Of a stretch of 64,000 bases of DNA, positions 33,960 through 43,428 are shown in pieces. The translations under genes were made by a program, and so were the position numbers. Source of the stretch: an uncultured Chloroflexia bacterium (GTDB lineage Bacteria > Chloroflexota > Limnocylindria > Limnocylindrales > CSP1-4); NCBI GenBank assembly GCA_963744095.1, contig CAVUSH010000002.1, forward strand, positions 69,481 to 133,480, in the 5' to 3' direction. The stretch's first letter is position 1, and every line of letters starts with the position of its first letter. The notes beneath the pieces are model-generated. The model had not been told where the DNA came from, made no database searches, and worked only from the letters and a program-made list of their open reading frames with translations.

Positions 33960-34927
33960 CGGGCGGTCGCGACGGAGATGCCGTTGCGCGGGAGCGAGCT
34001 GGTCCGGCCGGCCGGCGTGGCGGCGGCGCCGAGCGCATCGAGGGCGATCTCGCGGGCGTTCGCCCGGGCGTCGGCGGTCCCCGCCAGCTCCAGGATCCGC
34101 TCGGCCACCAGCTGGAGGTCCTCGATCGGCGTCGAGGTGCCGCCGGTGATGCCGACCACGGCGGCGTCGCCGAAGACCGCCGGGTCCAGGAGGTCGCGGG
34201 CATGCTCGATCTGGAGGACCGGCGTCCCGACGATCTCGCACAACCTGGTCAGCTCCTTCGTGTTGGCGCTGCTGCGACCGCCCACCACGACCATGAAGTC
34301 CGCCTCGCGGGCTGTCACCACGGTGTCCTCCTGCCGGCGAATCGTCACGGGGCAGACCGTGTTGACGATCTTGAGCTCGTGGGCGAGGTTGACCATGCGC
34401 GCCGCGAGCCGCTCGAACTTCCAGGGTGGCTGCGTCGACTGGGTGATGAGGGCCATCCGCTTGCGCCGGGGGATCCGGTCCCAGTCGTCCTCCTCGTCCA
34501 CCACGATGGCGTCCGGGGCGAAGCCCAGCAGCCCCACGACCTCGGGATGGTTCGGCGTCCCCAGCAGGACGATCGTGTAGCCGTCCTCGACCAGCTTCTG
34601 GAGCTCGCGCTGCTCGGCGATGACCCAGGAGCACGTGCCGTCGATGACGTCGAGGCCGCGTTCGGCGGCGTCCCGCCGCACCATCGGGGTCACGCCGTGG
34701 GCGCGGATCACGACCGTGGACCCGGCCTGGGCCTCCTCGAGGGCCTTGATCGGCTGCACGCCGCGGGCGTGGAGGCTCGCCACGACGCCCTCGTTGTGGA
34801 CGACCTGGCCGAGGGTATGGGTCACCCGGCCGGCGTCGGCCGCTTCCTTCGCCTTGTCGACGGCCTCGCGAACGCCATAGCAGAAGCCGGTGCGCTTCGC
34901 GATGCGGACGTCCTGGACCATTCCCAT
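33956..34927 (-). CDS. ispH: 4-hydroxy-3-methylbut-2-enyl diphosphate reductase IspH
   Basis: [25 protein letters not shown] and SSNTKEL-type motifs; 323 aa from MGMVQD. Confidence 0.9.
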   Translation of the reverse strand: MGMVQDVRIAKRTGFCYGVREAVDKAKEAADAGRVTHTLGQVVHNEGVVASLHARGVQPIKALEEAQAGSTVVIRAHGVTPMVRRDAAERGLDVIDGTCSWVIAEQRELQKLVEDGYTIVLLGTPNHPEVVGLLGFAPDAIVVDEEDDWDRIPRRKRMALITQSTQPPWKFERLAARMVNLAHELKIVNTVCPVTIRRQEDTVVTAREADFMVVVGGRSSANTKELTRLCEIVGTPVLQIEHARDLLDPAVFGDAAVVGITGGTSTPIEDLQLVAERILELAGTADARANAREIALDALGAAATPAGRTSSLPRNGISVATAR

Positions 34928-34934
34928 TGCCCGA

Positions 34935-35717
34935 TTATTGCACGGATTCCGACGAAACCCCGACGGCGGAAGACGCGGGCGAAGCATCGAGGAGCGGCCC
35001 GTACACCCCGCGGTGCCGTTCCGGGAGGAGCTCGGCGATGTGCAGCATGAGGCGGGTCGTGACCTCCTCGAGCGCCTCCTTCGTCCCGTCGGGCGCCATC
35101 CCACGCTCCAGGACGAACGGCTCGCCGACCCGCAACGCGATGTGGCCCCCGAACCGCCACACCTTCCTGCCCCGCGGCCAGAAGCGGTCCGTGTCGATGG
35201 CGCCGATCGGGAGGATCGGGGCCCCGGTGCGCAGGGCGAGGAGCGTCACGCCGTCCTTGGCCCGCTGGAGCGCGCCGGTCGGGCTCCGGGTGCCCTCGGG
35301 GAACGTGCCGAGGACCCGCCCATCCACGAGGACCGCGCGGGCGAGCCGGAAGGCCTCGGTGTCGGCGGCGCCGCGGCGGATCCCGAAGGCGCCGTTCTGG
35401 CGCATGAACCAGCCGGCCAGCGGCCAGTCCAGCGCCTCGGCCTTCGCCATCCAGTGGACCGGCCGCCCCAGGACGGGCGTCAGCCAGCCGGAGACGAGTG
35501 GCGGATCGGCGTTGCTGATGTGATTCGTGGCCAGGATGAGCGGCCCGGTCGCCGGGACGTGCTCGAGCCCTTCCACCGAGACGCGGGTGAAGCAGCGGAA
35601 GATGGTGCGCGCGACGACCTGGCTCGCCCGGATGAAGAAGGGCAGGCGGTCCGCCGGAAGGGCGAACGCGACGGCCTCGCTCTCCGTGCGCCGGCGTCGC
35701 GGCGTCGCGTCCGTCAT
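34935..35717 (-). CDS. plsC: 1-acyl-sn-glycerol-3-phosphate acyltransferase
   Basis: Acyltransferase motifs NHISNAD and FPEGTRS. Confidence 0.85.
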   Translation of the reverse strand: MTDATPRRRRTESEAVAFALPADRLPFFIRASQVVARTIFRCFTRVSVEGLEHVPATGPLILATNHISNADPPLVSGWLTPVLGRPVHWMAKAEALDWPLAGWFMRQNGAFGIRRGAADTEAFRLARAVLVDGRVLGTFPEGTRSPTGALQRAKDGVTLLALRTGAPILPIGAIDTDRFWPRGRKVWRFGGHIALRVGEPFVLERGMAPDGTKEALEEVTTRLMLHIAELLPERHRGVYGPLLDASPASSAVGVSSESVQ

Positions 35718-36418
35718 GCGGATCCCTCGGTCACGGCCCCGGCGGCGCGGACCACCGCCAACACGGCCGCCACCGTCGCCTCGAAGGCGTTTCCGTCGGT
35801 GCGAACGTGAACCGCGTCGTCCGCGGCGCGGGCGGGCGAGACGTCGCGCGACCCGTCGGCCTGATCGCGGCGGCGCAGGTCGTCGAGGATGGCGGCGCCG
35901 GCGGGCGATCCCGGGTCGATCCCGCGTTCCCGGGCGCGCCGCGCAGCCCGCTCCTCCGCGGAAGCGTCCAGCCAGATCTTCACGTCGGCGTCGGGCAGGA
36001 CGACGCTCCCGATGTCGCGCCCGGCGACCACGATGGCGCCGGAGGCCGCGATCGTCCGCTGGCGGCCGAGGAGCGCCGCCCGGACCTCCGGTTGCCGCGA
36101 GACCGCGGACACCGCCCGGTCCACGCGCGGAGTGCGGATCCGGTCGGCCACGTCACGCCCGCCGACGATGACGCGGGTGAGGCGGCCGGCCGCGTCGGGC
36201 TCCAAGTCGATCTCCGCGGCCAGCGGGGCGACGGCGGGCCCGTCCTCCGGGCGCACGCCCCGCTCCAGGCAGAGCCAGGTCAGCGCCCGGTAGAGGAGCC
36301 CGGTGTCGAGGAAGCGGGCGCCGAGGGCGGCGGCCACGGCCGCGCCGACGCTGCTCTTGCCGGACGAACCCGGCCCGTCGAGGGCGACGACGGGGCCTCG
36401 ATCGCGCATCGCGGCCAA
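35714..36418 (-). CDS. cmk: Cytidylate kinase
   Basis: VVALDGPGSSGKSSV P-loop and DTGLLYRA. Overlaps the plsC start. Confidence 0.9.
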   Translation of the reverse strand: MAAMRDRGPVVALDGPGSSGKSSVGAAVAAALGARFLDTGLLYRALTWLCLERGVRPEDGPAVAPLAAEIDLEPDAAGRLTRVIVGGRDVADRIRTPRVDRAVSAVSRQPEVRAALLGRQRTIAASGAIVVAGRDIGSVVLPDADVKIWLDASAEERAARRARERGIDPGSPAGAAILDDLRRRDQADGSRDVSPARAADDAVHVRTDGNAFEATVAAVLAVVRAAGAVTEGSA

Positions 36419-36420
36419 GC

Positions 36421-38097
36421 CTACCAGCCGAACGAAGGGTCAACGTGGACGGCGACCCCCTGCGAGAGGGTGAGGAGGACGCGGGCGTCGCCGATCTCGC
36501 CGGCGCCACGATCGAAGACGTCGCGGTCGAGCACGACAAGGTCGGCCAGCCTCCCGCGCTCGAGCGTGCCGGTCTCGCCCTCGAGGCCGTTGGCCCAGGC
36601 GGCGCCGACCGTGAAGGCCCCCAGCGCGCTCGCCAGGTCCAGGCGCTCGTCCGGGAGGAACGGCGGCTCGAGCCCGCGACTCTGGGGGGCCACCCGGTTC
36701 ACCGCAACCTCGACCTCCTGGAGGACGTTCGGCGTCGAGACCGACCAGTCGCTCCCGCCCACGAGGCGGGCGCCGGCCCGCTCCAGGCTTCGGAAGGGGT
36801 ATTGCCGGCCGCTCCGCTCTGGGCCCAGGAACGGGACGGTGAGGTCGCGCATCTGGGCCTCGAAGGCTGCCCAGAGGGGCTGCATCGTGGCGCCGACGGC
36901 GAGGGTACGGAAGCGTGCGATGTCGTCCGGGTGGACCACCTGGATGTGGGCGACGTGGGGGCGCCGATCACGCGGTCCATGCGCCCGGCGAACGGCCGCG
37001 ACGGCGTCGAGCGCGGACCGCACGGCGCGGTCGCCGATGGCGTGGAAGTGGAGCTGGAAGCCGGCGGCGTCGAGCGCCGGTGCGATCTCGCGGGCGAGTC
37101 GCTCCGGGTCGATGAAGTCGATCCCGCGGTTGCCGGTGGCGCGGCCGGCCGCGTCCAGGTAGGGCTCCAGGAGGGAGCCGGTGAAGTTCTCCAGGACGCC
37201 GTCGAGCATCAGCTTCACCGAGGAGGCCCGCAGCCGCCCGATAGTCGCCGTGCGGCGAGCCTCCTCGAACCAGGCGAGCTGGTCGAGGCCTCCGGCGCGG
37301 TCCCACCAGAGCGACAGCGCGGTCCGCAGGGTCAGATCGCCTCGTTCCGCCAGCGCTCGATACGCCGGGAGGTGCTCGGCCGTGACCCACGCGTCGGTGA
37401 TCGCGGTGATCCCGAAGCCGTGGAGGTACGCCTGCGCGGCGAGGATGGCCTCCTCCCACCGCGCGGGCGTGAAGGGCGGGACGAGCCGCCGCACCAGGTT
37501 CGCCGCACCCTCGTGGAGCGTCCCCTGCGGTGACCCGTCCGCCTCGCGCTCGATCCGGCCGTCGGCGGGGTCGGGCGTCGCCGCCGAGACGCCGGCCAGC
37601 TCCAGGGCCCGGGAGCTCACCCAGGCCCCGTGGCCGTCGCGGTTCTCGAGGAAGACGGGGCGACCCGGGACGGCGGCGTCCAGGTCTCCCCGGGACGGAG
37701 TGCCGCCGGGGAAGGCGGGCATCCCCCAGCCGCCGCCGATGATCCACGGTTCGGCGGGGTGGGCCGCGGCGTAGGCGCGGACCCGGCCGAGGTAGGCCTC
37801 GCGATCCCAGGGGAGGTCGTGCAGGTCGCACGTCAGCATGGCCCATCCCCCGATCGGCGGATGCACGTGGGCGTCCTGGAAGCCGGGCAGCAGCGACCGG
37901 CCCTCGAGGTCGACGACACGGGTGGCCGGACCGGCGAGCGGTCGGAGGTCGCGGTCCTGCCCGACGGCCGCGATCCGTCCGGCGCGGACCGCGAGCGCAC
38001 TCGCGACCGGCTGGGCGGGGTTCATGGTCCGCACCGCGCCATCGACGAAGAGCAGGTCCGCCGCGCCACCCCGCGGATTCGCGGCGCCGGTCGTCAT
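36421..38097 (-). CDS. Amidohydrolase family 3 (YtcJ-like) metal-dependent hydrolase
   Basis: LLPGFQDAHVHP metal-binding motif, HFHAIGD, SDWSVS. The ATG overlaps the rluB stop (ATGA). Confidence 0.85.
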   Translation of the reverse strand: MTTGAANPRGGAADLLFVDGAVRTMNPAQPVASALAVRAGRIAAVGQDRDLRPLAGPATRVVDLEGRSLLPGFQDAHVHPPIGGWAMLTCDLHDLPWDREAYLGRVRAYAAAHPAEPWIIGGGWGMPAFPGGTPSRGDLDAAVPGRPVFLENRDGHGAWVSSRALELAGVSAATPDPADGRIEREADGSPQGTLHEGAANLVRRLVPPFTPARWEEAILAAQAYLHGFGITAITDAWVTAEHLPAYRALAERGDLTLRTALSLWWDRAGGLDQLAWFEEARRTATIGRLRASSVKLMLDGVLENFTGSLLEPYLDAAGRATGNRGIDFIDPERLAREIAPALDAAGFQLHFHAIGDRAVRSALDAVAAVRRAHGPRDRRPHVAHIQVVHPDDIARFRTLAVGATMQPLWAAFEAQMRDLTVPFLGPERSGRQYPFRSLERAGARLVGGSDWSVSTPNVLQEVEVAVNRVAPQSRGLEPPFLPDERLDLASALGAFTVGAAWANGLEGETGTLERGRLADLVVLDRDVFDRGAGEIGDARVLLTLSQGVAVHVDPSFGW

Positions 38098-38924
38098 GCC
38101 GTCTCGCCGCCGCCTGGCCGCCCCCGCGCGGACGACAAGCGCGGGCGATCCGGTGGGCGGGACGCCGCCAGCCGACGCACCTCGGCGGGTGTCAGCAGGC
38201 GGGCCTCGCCCGCGGGGAGGTCGAGGCGCAGGGTGCCGACGCGAACCCGCACGAGGCGAAGCACGGGTGCGCCGACGGCCCCGAGCATCCGCCGGATCTG
38301 CCGCTTCCAGCCGTGGGCAAGGACCACCCGGTACCACGCCAGCCCCCGGCCCGGCGGCGGGTCCACCTGGGCCGCGAGGAGCGCCGTTTCCGTTCGCGTT
38401 GCCGGCCGCAGGGAGACGAGGCGGGCGATCCCCTCCTCCAGCGGGATCCCTGCCGCCAGCGCGGCGCGCTGCTCGTCGGCGAGCGGGACCGCCACCGCGA
38501 CCGCGTACTCCCGCTCCACCCCGTGGCGCGGGTGGAGGACCCGTTCCGTCCAGGCACCGTCGTTCGTGAGGAGCAGGAGTCCCTCCGATTCGAGGTCCAG
38601 GCGCCCGACCGGGTAGAGGCGGGTCCCCCGCGGAACCAGGCCGACCGGGAGAAGGTCGAGGACGGTCCGGGCGGCGTGGCGGTCGGCCGCGGTGGAGGTG
38701 ACGCCGGCCGGCTTGTGGAGCGCGACGTGAACCGGCGCCGCGGCGGACACCCCGATCGGACGACCGTCGACGGCCACGACCTGGAGGGCCGGATCGGCCT
38801 TCTCTCCGAGCAGCGCCGTCCGGCCGTCGACGGTGACCCGCCCGGCCCCCACCAGCGCGTCGGCGGCGCGGCGGCTCGCGATGCCGGCCGCGGCGAGCAC
38901 CTTGCCGAGGCGCTCGGCCGGCAT
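38094..38924 (-). CDS. rluB: Pseudouridine synthase, RsuA/RluB family
   Basis: N-terminal S4 domain (RLGKVLAAAGIASRRAADALV). Catalytic GRLDLESEGLLLLTNDG. Confidence 0.85.
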   Translation of the reverse strand: MPAERLGKVLAAAGIASRRAADALVGAGRVTVDGRTALLGEKADPALQVVAVDGRPIGVSAAAPVHVALHKPAGVTSTAADRHAARTVLDLLPVGLVPRGTRLYPVGRLDLESEGLLLLTNDGAWTERVLHPRHGVEREYAVAVAVPLADEQRAALAAGIPLEEGIARLVSLRPATRTETALLAAQVDPPPGRGLAWYRVVLAHGWKRQIRRMLGAVGAPVLRLVRVRVGTLRLDLPAGEARLLTPAEVRRLAASRPPDRPRLSSARGRPGGGETA

Positions 38925-39598
38925 CAGGACATCCCGGCCGCGCCGGCATCCGGGTCGGGATCACCGTCCGTGTCCGGCGCGGCGCCGGATCCCTCGGGCG
39001 TCGCGAGACGCTCGGCCACCGCGGCGTCGAGCAGGGGGAGGTCATCGAGACTCGTGAGGCCGAACCGCTCCAGGAACTCGACCGACGTGCCGTAGAGGAT
39101 GGGCCGGCCCGGCGCCTCGGCGCGGCCGAGCTCCACGACGAGCCGGCGGTGGAGAAGGCTGCGGAGGGCATACTCGGCGTCCACGCCGCGAACCCGCTCG
39201 ATGGCTGCCTTCGTAGCAGGCTGGCGGTAGGCCACGATCGCGAGCGTCTCCAGCGTGGCGGCGGACAGGCGCGTCGGCTCCCGCCCCACGTACCGGCCGA
39301 TGAGGAAGCCGGCCTCGGGCGCGGTCGCCAGGGCCACGCGATCGCCATCGACGAGGAGCCGGATCCCGCGACCGGCCAGCGTCACCTCCAGGTCGCCGAG
39401 CCGGGCGTTGATCGTCTCCGCCGACGCGCCCGTCAAGGTGGCGAGCTCGCGCCGGCCGAGGGGTCGCTCGGCGACGAAGAGCAGGGCCTCCAGCAGCGAT
39501 TCGGTAAGCCCGTCGCCGGGGAGATCCATGGCCGCCGCATCCTCGGGCCGCCCCTCTTCCGCGTCGGTGGGGGCGGCGCGGTGCCCGTCGTCGATCAC
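38924..39598 (-). CDS. scpB: Segregation and condensation protein B
   Basis: LEALLFVAERPL..., LSAATLETLAIVAYRQPATKAAIERVRGVD. Confidence 0.85.
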   Translation of the reverse strand: MIDDGHRAAPTDAEEGRPEDAAAMDLPGDGLTESLLEALLFVAERPLGRRELATLTGASAETINARLGDLEVTLAGRGIRLLVDGDRVALATAPEAGFLIGRYVGREPTRLSAATLETLAIVAYRQPATKAAIERVRGVDAEYALRSLLHRRLVVELGRAEAPGRPILYGTSVEFLERFGLTSLDDLPLLDAAVAERLATPEGSGAAPDTDGDPDPDAGAAGMS

Positions 39599-40455
39599 GC
39601 GTCCTCCTCGCCCGGATCGGCCCGGCCGCGGGCCCGATCCGGGGCGGCTGCGCCCGGCACCGCCCGGACGATGATGGGACCCCAGGGCACGATCTGCTCG
39701 ACGACGACCTCGCGGGTCTTCACGAGCTCGAGCATGGCGAGGAAGGTGACGGCCACGACGACCCGATCGCGGACGCCCGCCAGCAGGTCCTGGAGGACGA
39801 CGGGACCCGCGCCCGCCAGCGCCGCCCGGATGAGGTCCGCTCGCTCGGCCATGGACACGGTACGCGGGAAGGCCTCGGGAAGCGGCACCACGGCCGGGGT
39901 GACGGCCGCCAGGCGAGCGAGGGCGCCGACGAGCAGCGCCGGGTCGAGGCGCGGCGGGAGCGGCTCCGCCGCCCCGGCGCGGGCCATCGCGACGGCCACC
40001 GATGGCTCGCGGCGAACCGCTTGTCGGCCGGCCGCCGCCGGCCCCGCCAGTCGATCCGCCGCATCGCGGAAGGCCCGGTAGGCAATGAGCCGGGCGCGCA
40101 GAGCGGCCTCCGCGTCAGGCTCGTCGTCCAGCGGGACGGCCGGCTCCGGCGGACGCGGGAGAAGCTCCCGGCTCTTGATCAGGATCAGCTGGCTCGCGAC
40201 GGCGACGAAGGTGGAGAGGTTCCCGAGCCGGTCGCCCTCGAGGCCGGCGATGGCGTCGAGGTACGCCTCGGCGAGGGCCCCGAGCGGAACCGTCATCACG
40301 TCCAGCCGCCGCGCCTCGACAAGGGCGAGCAGCAGGCCCAGCGGGCCCTCCCACTCGGGGAGCCGCACGCGCGTCGCGTCCTCCGGTCGGCGGCGGTCCG
40401 TGAAGGCGATCGCGGGCGTCTCGCCGGCCCGGTGCGGTACGTCCCCGAAGGTCAT
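39595..40455 (-). CDS. scpA: Segregation and condensation protein A
   Basis: FEGPLGLLLALVEARRLDV-type N-terminus (WEGPLGLLL...), LVASQLILIKSRELLP. Confidence 0.85.
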   Translation of the reverse strand: MTFGDVPHRAGETPAIAFTDRRRPEDATRVRLPEWEGPLGLLLALVEARRLDVMTVPLGALAEAYLDAIAGLEGDRLGNLSTFVAVASQLILIKSRELLPRPPEPAVPLDDEPDAEAALRARLIAYRAFRDAADRLAGPAAAGRQAVRREPSVAVAMARAGAAEPLPPRLDPALLVGALARLAAVTPAVVPLPEAFPRTVSMAERADLIRAALAGAGPVVLQDLLAGVRDRVVVAVTFLAMLELVKTREVVVEQIVPWGPIIVRAVPGAAAPDRARGRADPGEEDA

Positions 40456-40958
40456 CAGCTCGCCTCGTCGGCGGCGCGGAGGGCCGCGAGCGCCGCGTCA
40501 CCGCTGCTGCCGGCGTCGCCGCGGATCAGGGCCACCGAGCGCGGCGGGCAGCCGACCGCGGCCGCCAGCTCGGCCGAGCGCTCGGCATGGTCCCGGAGCC
40601 GCGCCATCGCGTCGCCGCCGCCCGGCAGCCGTGCCGCCATCGCGTGCACCCACGGCCCCAGCAGCTCGCCGAGCGACCAGGCGACGCGATGCCAGAGCCG
40701 GATGGAACGACCCTTGCCGGCATCGTGGAAGAGCCCCGCCAGGTGCACGTCGCCGTCGTCGACGCCCGCGGCCCGGAGCGCCGCGACGACGTCGAGCCCG
40801 TGCCGGCGATCCGCCACGGGCATGGCGTCGAAGAGGACCAGCTGCGCCGGCGTCAGCAGCTCGGCCAGCGCCGCGCGCTCCACGGGTCGAACCCGCGCCG
40901 CGACGTGCCGGCCGAGCTGGCGCGCCTTACGTGCCCACCAGGAGGCTGACGAGGCCAT
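40455..40958 (-). CDS. HD domain protein
   Basis: H...HD motif present as GLFHDAGK. The annotated start overlaps the M50 gene by 32 nt, so the true start may be further downstream. Confidence 0.6.
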   Translation of the reverse strand: MASSASWWARKARQLGRHVAARVRPVERAALAELLTPAQLVLFDAMPVADRRHGLDVVAALRAAGVDDGDVHLAGLFHDAGKGRSIRLWHRVAWSLGELLGPWVHAMAARLPGGGDAMARLRDHAERSAELAAAVGCPPRSVALIRGDAGSSGDAALAALRAADEAS

Positions 40959-41586
40959 CCATCACCGGGATAAGGACTCGGCCGCCCAGGGACGTGCCGC
41001 CGATCGGGATGAACATCACGACGATGAGGATCAGGAAGCCCCACTGCTGAAGCAACGGCCGGACCTTCCACGTCAGTCGAGGGTTCAGGAAGGCGAAGAG
41101 GACGTGGGAGCCGTCGAGGGGCGGGATCGGGACCAGGTTGAAGATGAACAGGGCGACGTTGATGTAGACGAAGTAGAGCAGGACGTTGAAGGCGAAGAGG
41201 ACCGGATCGGACGGCTGGTGCACGACCTCGACCATGATCCGGATGATGATCGCTGCCACCGCGGCCATCACGAGGTTCGAGGCCGGACCGGCCGCGGCCA
41301 CGAGCGCCTCGCCCCGGTGACCGTAGCGCAGCATCGATGGGTTGACCGGGGTCGGCTTGGCCCAGCCGATGAAGAACCCCCCGAAGAGTGCCGACAGGAC
41401 GAGAACGAGTGCCCCGAGCGGATCGAGGTGCACGAGAGGGTTCAGCGTCAGGCGACCGAAGAGCCTTGCCGTTCCGTCGCCGAGCCGCGAGGCCGCGAAC
41501 GCGTGGGCACACTCGTGGACGGGGAAGCCGACGACGAGGAAGATCGCGACCGCGGCGAGCGCGTAGATGGTGTTGTCGTCGAGCAC
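40927..41586 (-). CDS. Site-2 protease family (M50) zinc metallopeptidase
   Basis: HExxH present as HECAH. Also NLVPIPPLDGSHV. Polytopic membrane protein. Confidence 0.8.
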   Translation of the reverse strand: MLDDNTIYALAAVAIFLVVGFPVHECAHAFAASRLGDGTARLFGRLTLNPLVHLDPLGALVLVLSALFGGFFIGWAKPTPVNPSMLRYGHRGEALVAAAGPASNLVMAAVAAIIIRIMVEVVHQPSDPVLFAFNVLLYFVYINVALFIFNLVPIPPLDGSHVLFAFLNPRLTWKVRPLLQQWGFLILIVVMFIPIGGTSLGGRVLIPVMDGLVSLLVGT

Positions 41587-41657
41587 GCTGCGGCGGACTC
41601 CGGCTGCGGGGATGGGACCGGCGTATGGTACCGCGCCGGCCTCCCGGCGCCCCGCTC

Positions 41658-42374
41658 CTACAGGTCCTCGAGCAGGTCCGCCTTCTTGGCCTCGAACTCC
41701 TCGGAGGTGAGAAGACCGTCGTCGCGGAGCTTGGCGAGGCTGCGCAGCTTCTCCTCCGCGGTCGGGGCGAGCGGAGCCGGTGGCGCCGGCGGGGCGACCG
41801 GTACCGGCATGGTCACCTGGGGGGCGGCGGCCACCGGCGCAGCGGCGCGCACGGCGTCGGCGATGTTACGGGCGTCGGCCTGCTCGAACTCCATCTTCTG
41901 GTCGAGCATCGCCCGCCGGAACTCGGCCGGCTTGCGCATCGTCTCGTAGGTCAGATCGCTGCTGTCGGAGGCGGTGCTCACCTTGAGCGTCCCGTAGCCG
42001 AGCATCCGGCCCAGCGGCCCCTGCTCCATCACGACGTCGTTGATCTTCTCGAGCGCGGCGCCGCTGGTCCGCTTCCTCAGCAGCCCGGCGACCTTCATGA
42101 CCTTCTGGTTGGTGACGGCGTAATCCTCCACCCACCACTGGATGTACGAGTAGCCGACCATCCCCACGCCGACCACGAGGAGGGCGAGCGAGACCCAGAA
42201 GGCGACGTCCCGGAGGAAGCCGCTGTTCATCGTCAGGTGGAGGGAGAACAGCACGACCCCGCCCACGAGAACGAGACTGCCGGCGATCGTCCCGAAGATC
42301 GGCGCCATCCAGTGCTGCTTCGTCCGGTAGAGGATCTTCTCGTTCGTCGCCAGCAGCGACTCGGTGTAGCCCAC
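41658..42374 (-). CDS. Bacterial PH (YdbT-like) domain membrane protein with C-terminal SHOCT domain
   Basis: Two TM helices followed by a bPH fold (YAVTNQKVMKVAGLL...). The C-terminal LAKLRDDGLLTSEEFEAKKADLL is a SHOCT motif. GTG follows GAGGAAGAGGG. Confidence 0.7.
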   Translation of the reverse strand: MGYTESLLATNEKILYRTKQHWMAPIFGTIAGSLVLVGGVVLFSLHLTMNSGFLRDVAFWVSLALLVVGVGMVGYSYIQWWVEDYAVTNQKVMKVAGLLRKRTSGAALEKINDVVMEQGPLGRMLGYGTLKVSTASDSSDLTYETMRKPAEFRRAMLDQKMEFEQADARNIADAVRAAAPVAAAPQVTMPVPVAPPAPPAPLAPTAEEKLRSLAKLRDDGLLTSEEFEAKKADLLEDL

Positions 42375-42393
42375 GCCCTCTTCCTCTCTTCCG

Positions 42394-43428
42394 CTACGCC
42401 CGGGGATGTGACCGGGCATACACGTCACGGATCCGTTCGCCCGTCAGGTGCGTGTAGATCTGCGTCGTGGAGATACTGGCATGGCCGAGCAACTCCTGTA
42501 CGACGCGCAGGTCCGCTCCGCCCTCCAGGAGGTGCGTCGCATACGAGTGGCGCAGGGTGTGCGGCGAGATCCGGCCGCCCAGGCCGGCGGCGGCCGCCGC
42601 CCGCTTCACCACGATCCAGGCGTGGTTGCGGCCGAGGCGCCGCCCGCGATCCGACAGGAAGACCGGGCCCCCGCGCGCCCCGCGAGAGCGATCCGCCGCG
42701 GCGAGCACGGGACGCGAGGTGGCGACGTACCGCCCGAGCCAGTCGATCGCCACGTCACCGACCGGGACCACGCGCTCGCGGTCCCCCTTGCCGACCACCC
42801 GTACGCTCCCACCCTCGAGGTCGAGGTCGTCGCCATCGAGGCGGAGCGCCTCGGTGATCCGGAGGCCCGCCGCGTAGAGCAGCTCGAGGAGGGCGCGGTC
42901 ACGGAGCGCCGCCAACGGCGTCGGCGAACCCCCGCGCCGCCCCGGCCCCTCGCCCACGCCCGCCGCGAGGTCGGGGTCCACGGCGCGGAGGAGCCGGTCC
43001 ACCTCGTCGACCGTCAGGGGATCCGGCAGGATCCGCGGCTCGCGCGGGAGGTCGAGATGGCCGGCGACGTCGACCGCGATGAGATCCTCCGCCAGGGCGA
43101 AGCGAAAGAAGGACCGCAGCGCCGCCGTTCGTCGTCGCAGGCTCGTGGCCCGCAGCACCCGTCCCGACGGGCCGGCCGCTCCCGCGAGGCGGGCCAGGTA
43201 GTCGATCGCCGCCTCCGGGGAGAGCCCCCACCGCGGCGCCTCTGGCGAGCGGCCGAAGTCGGCGAGGTCCGTGCCGTAGCTCGCGATCGTGGCGGGCGAG
43301 AGGCCACGCTCGATCCGAAGGTGGACGAGGAACGACTCCGTCGCGGCGGCGAGGTCCGCGGGAACCGGGACGTCGCCCCGTCCCGCGCCGCGCCGACGGC
43401 GGACCCGCGGGCCGGCCGCCCCCGTCAT
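42394..43428 (-). CDS. xerD: Site-specific tyrosine recombinase XerD
   Basis: The N-terminal SAM-like domain starts at FLVHLRIERGLSPATI. The catalytic domain carries HTLRHSYATHLLEGGADLRVVQELLGHASISTTQIYTH. The ATG overlaps the recN stop, and the gene context is conserved housekeeping. Confidence 0.85.
   Translation of the reverse strand: MTGAAGPRVRRRRGAGRGDVPVPADLAAATESFLVHLRIERGLSPATIASYGTDLADFGRSPEAPRWGLSPEAAIDYLARLAGAAGPSGRVLRATSLRRRTAALRSFFRFALAEDLIAVDVAGHLDLPREPRILPDPLTVDEVDRLLRAVDPDLAAGVGEGPGRRGGSPTPLAALRDRALLELLYAAGLRITEALRLDGDDLDLEGGSVRVVGKGDRERVVPVGDVAIDWLGRYVATSRPVLAAADRSRGARGGPVFLSDRGRRLGRNHAWIVVKRAAAAAGLGGRISPHTLRHSYATHLLEGGADLRVVQELLGHASISTTQIYTHLTGERIRDVYARSHPRA

Noticed and set aside
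42394-43428. The tyrosine recombinase as the integrase responsible for the tRNA islands.
   Set aside because: - It lies in the conserved recN-xerD housekeeping context, translationally coupled to recN.
- It has XerD-type motifs.
- It is 11 kb or more from either island.
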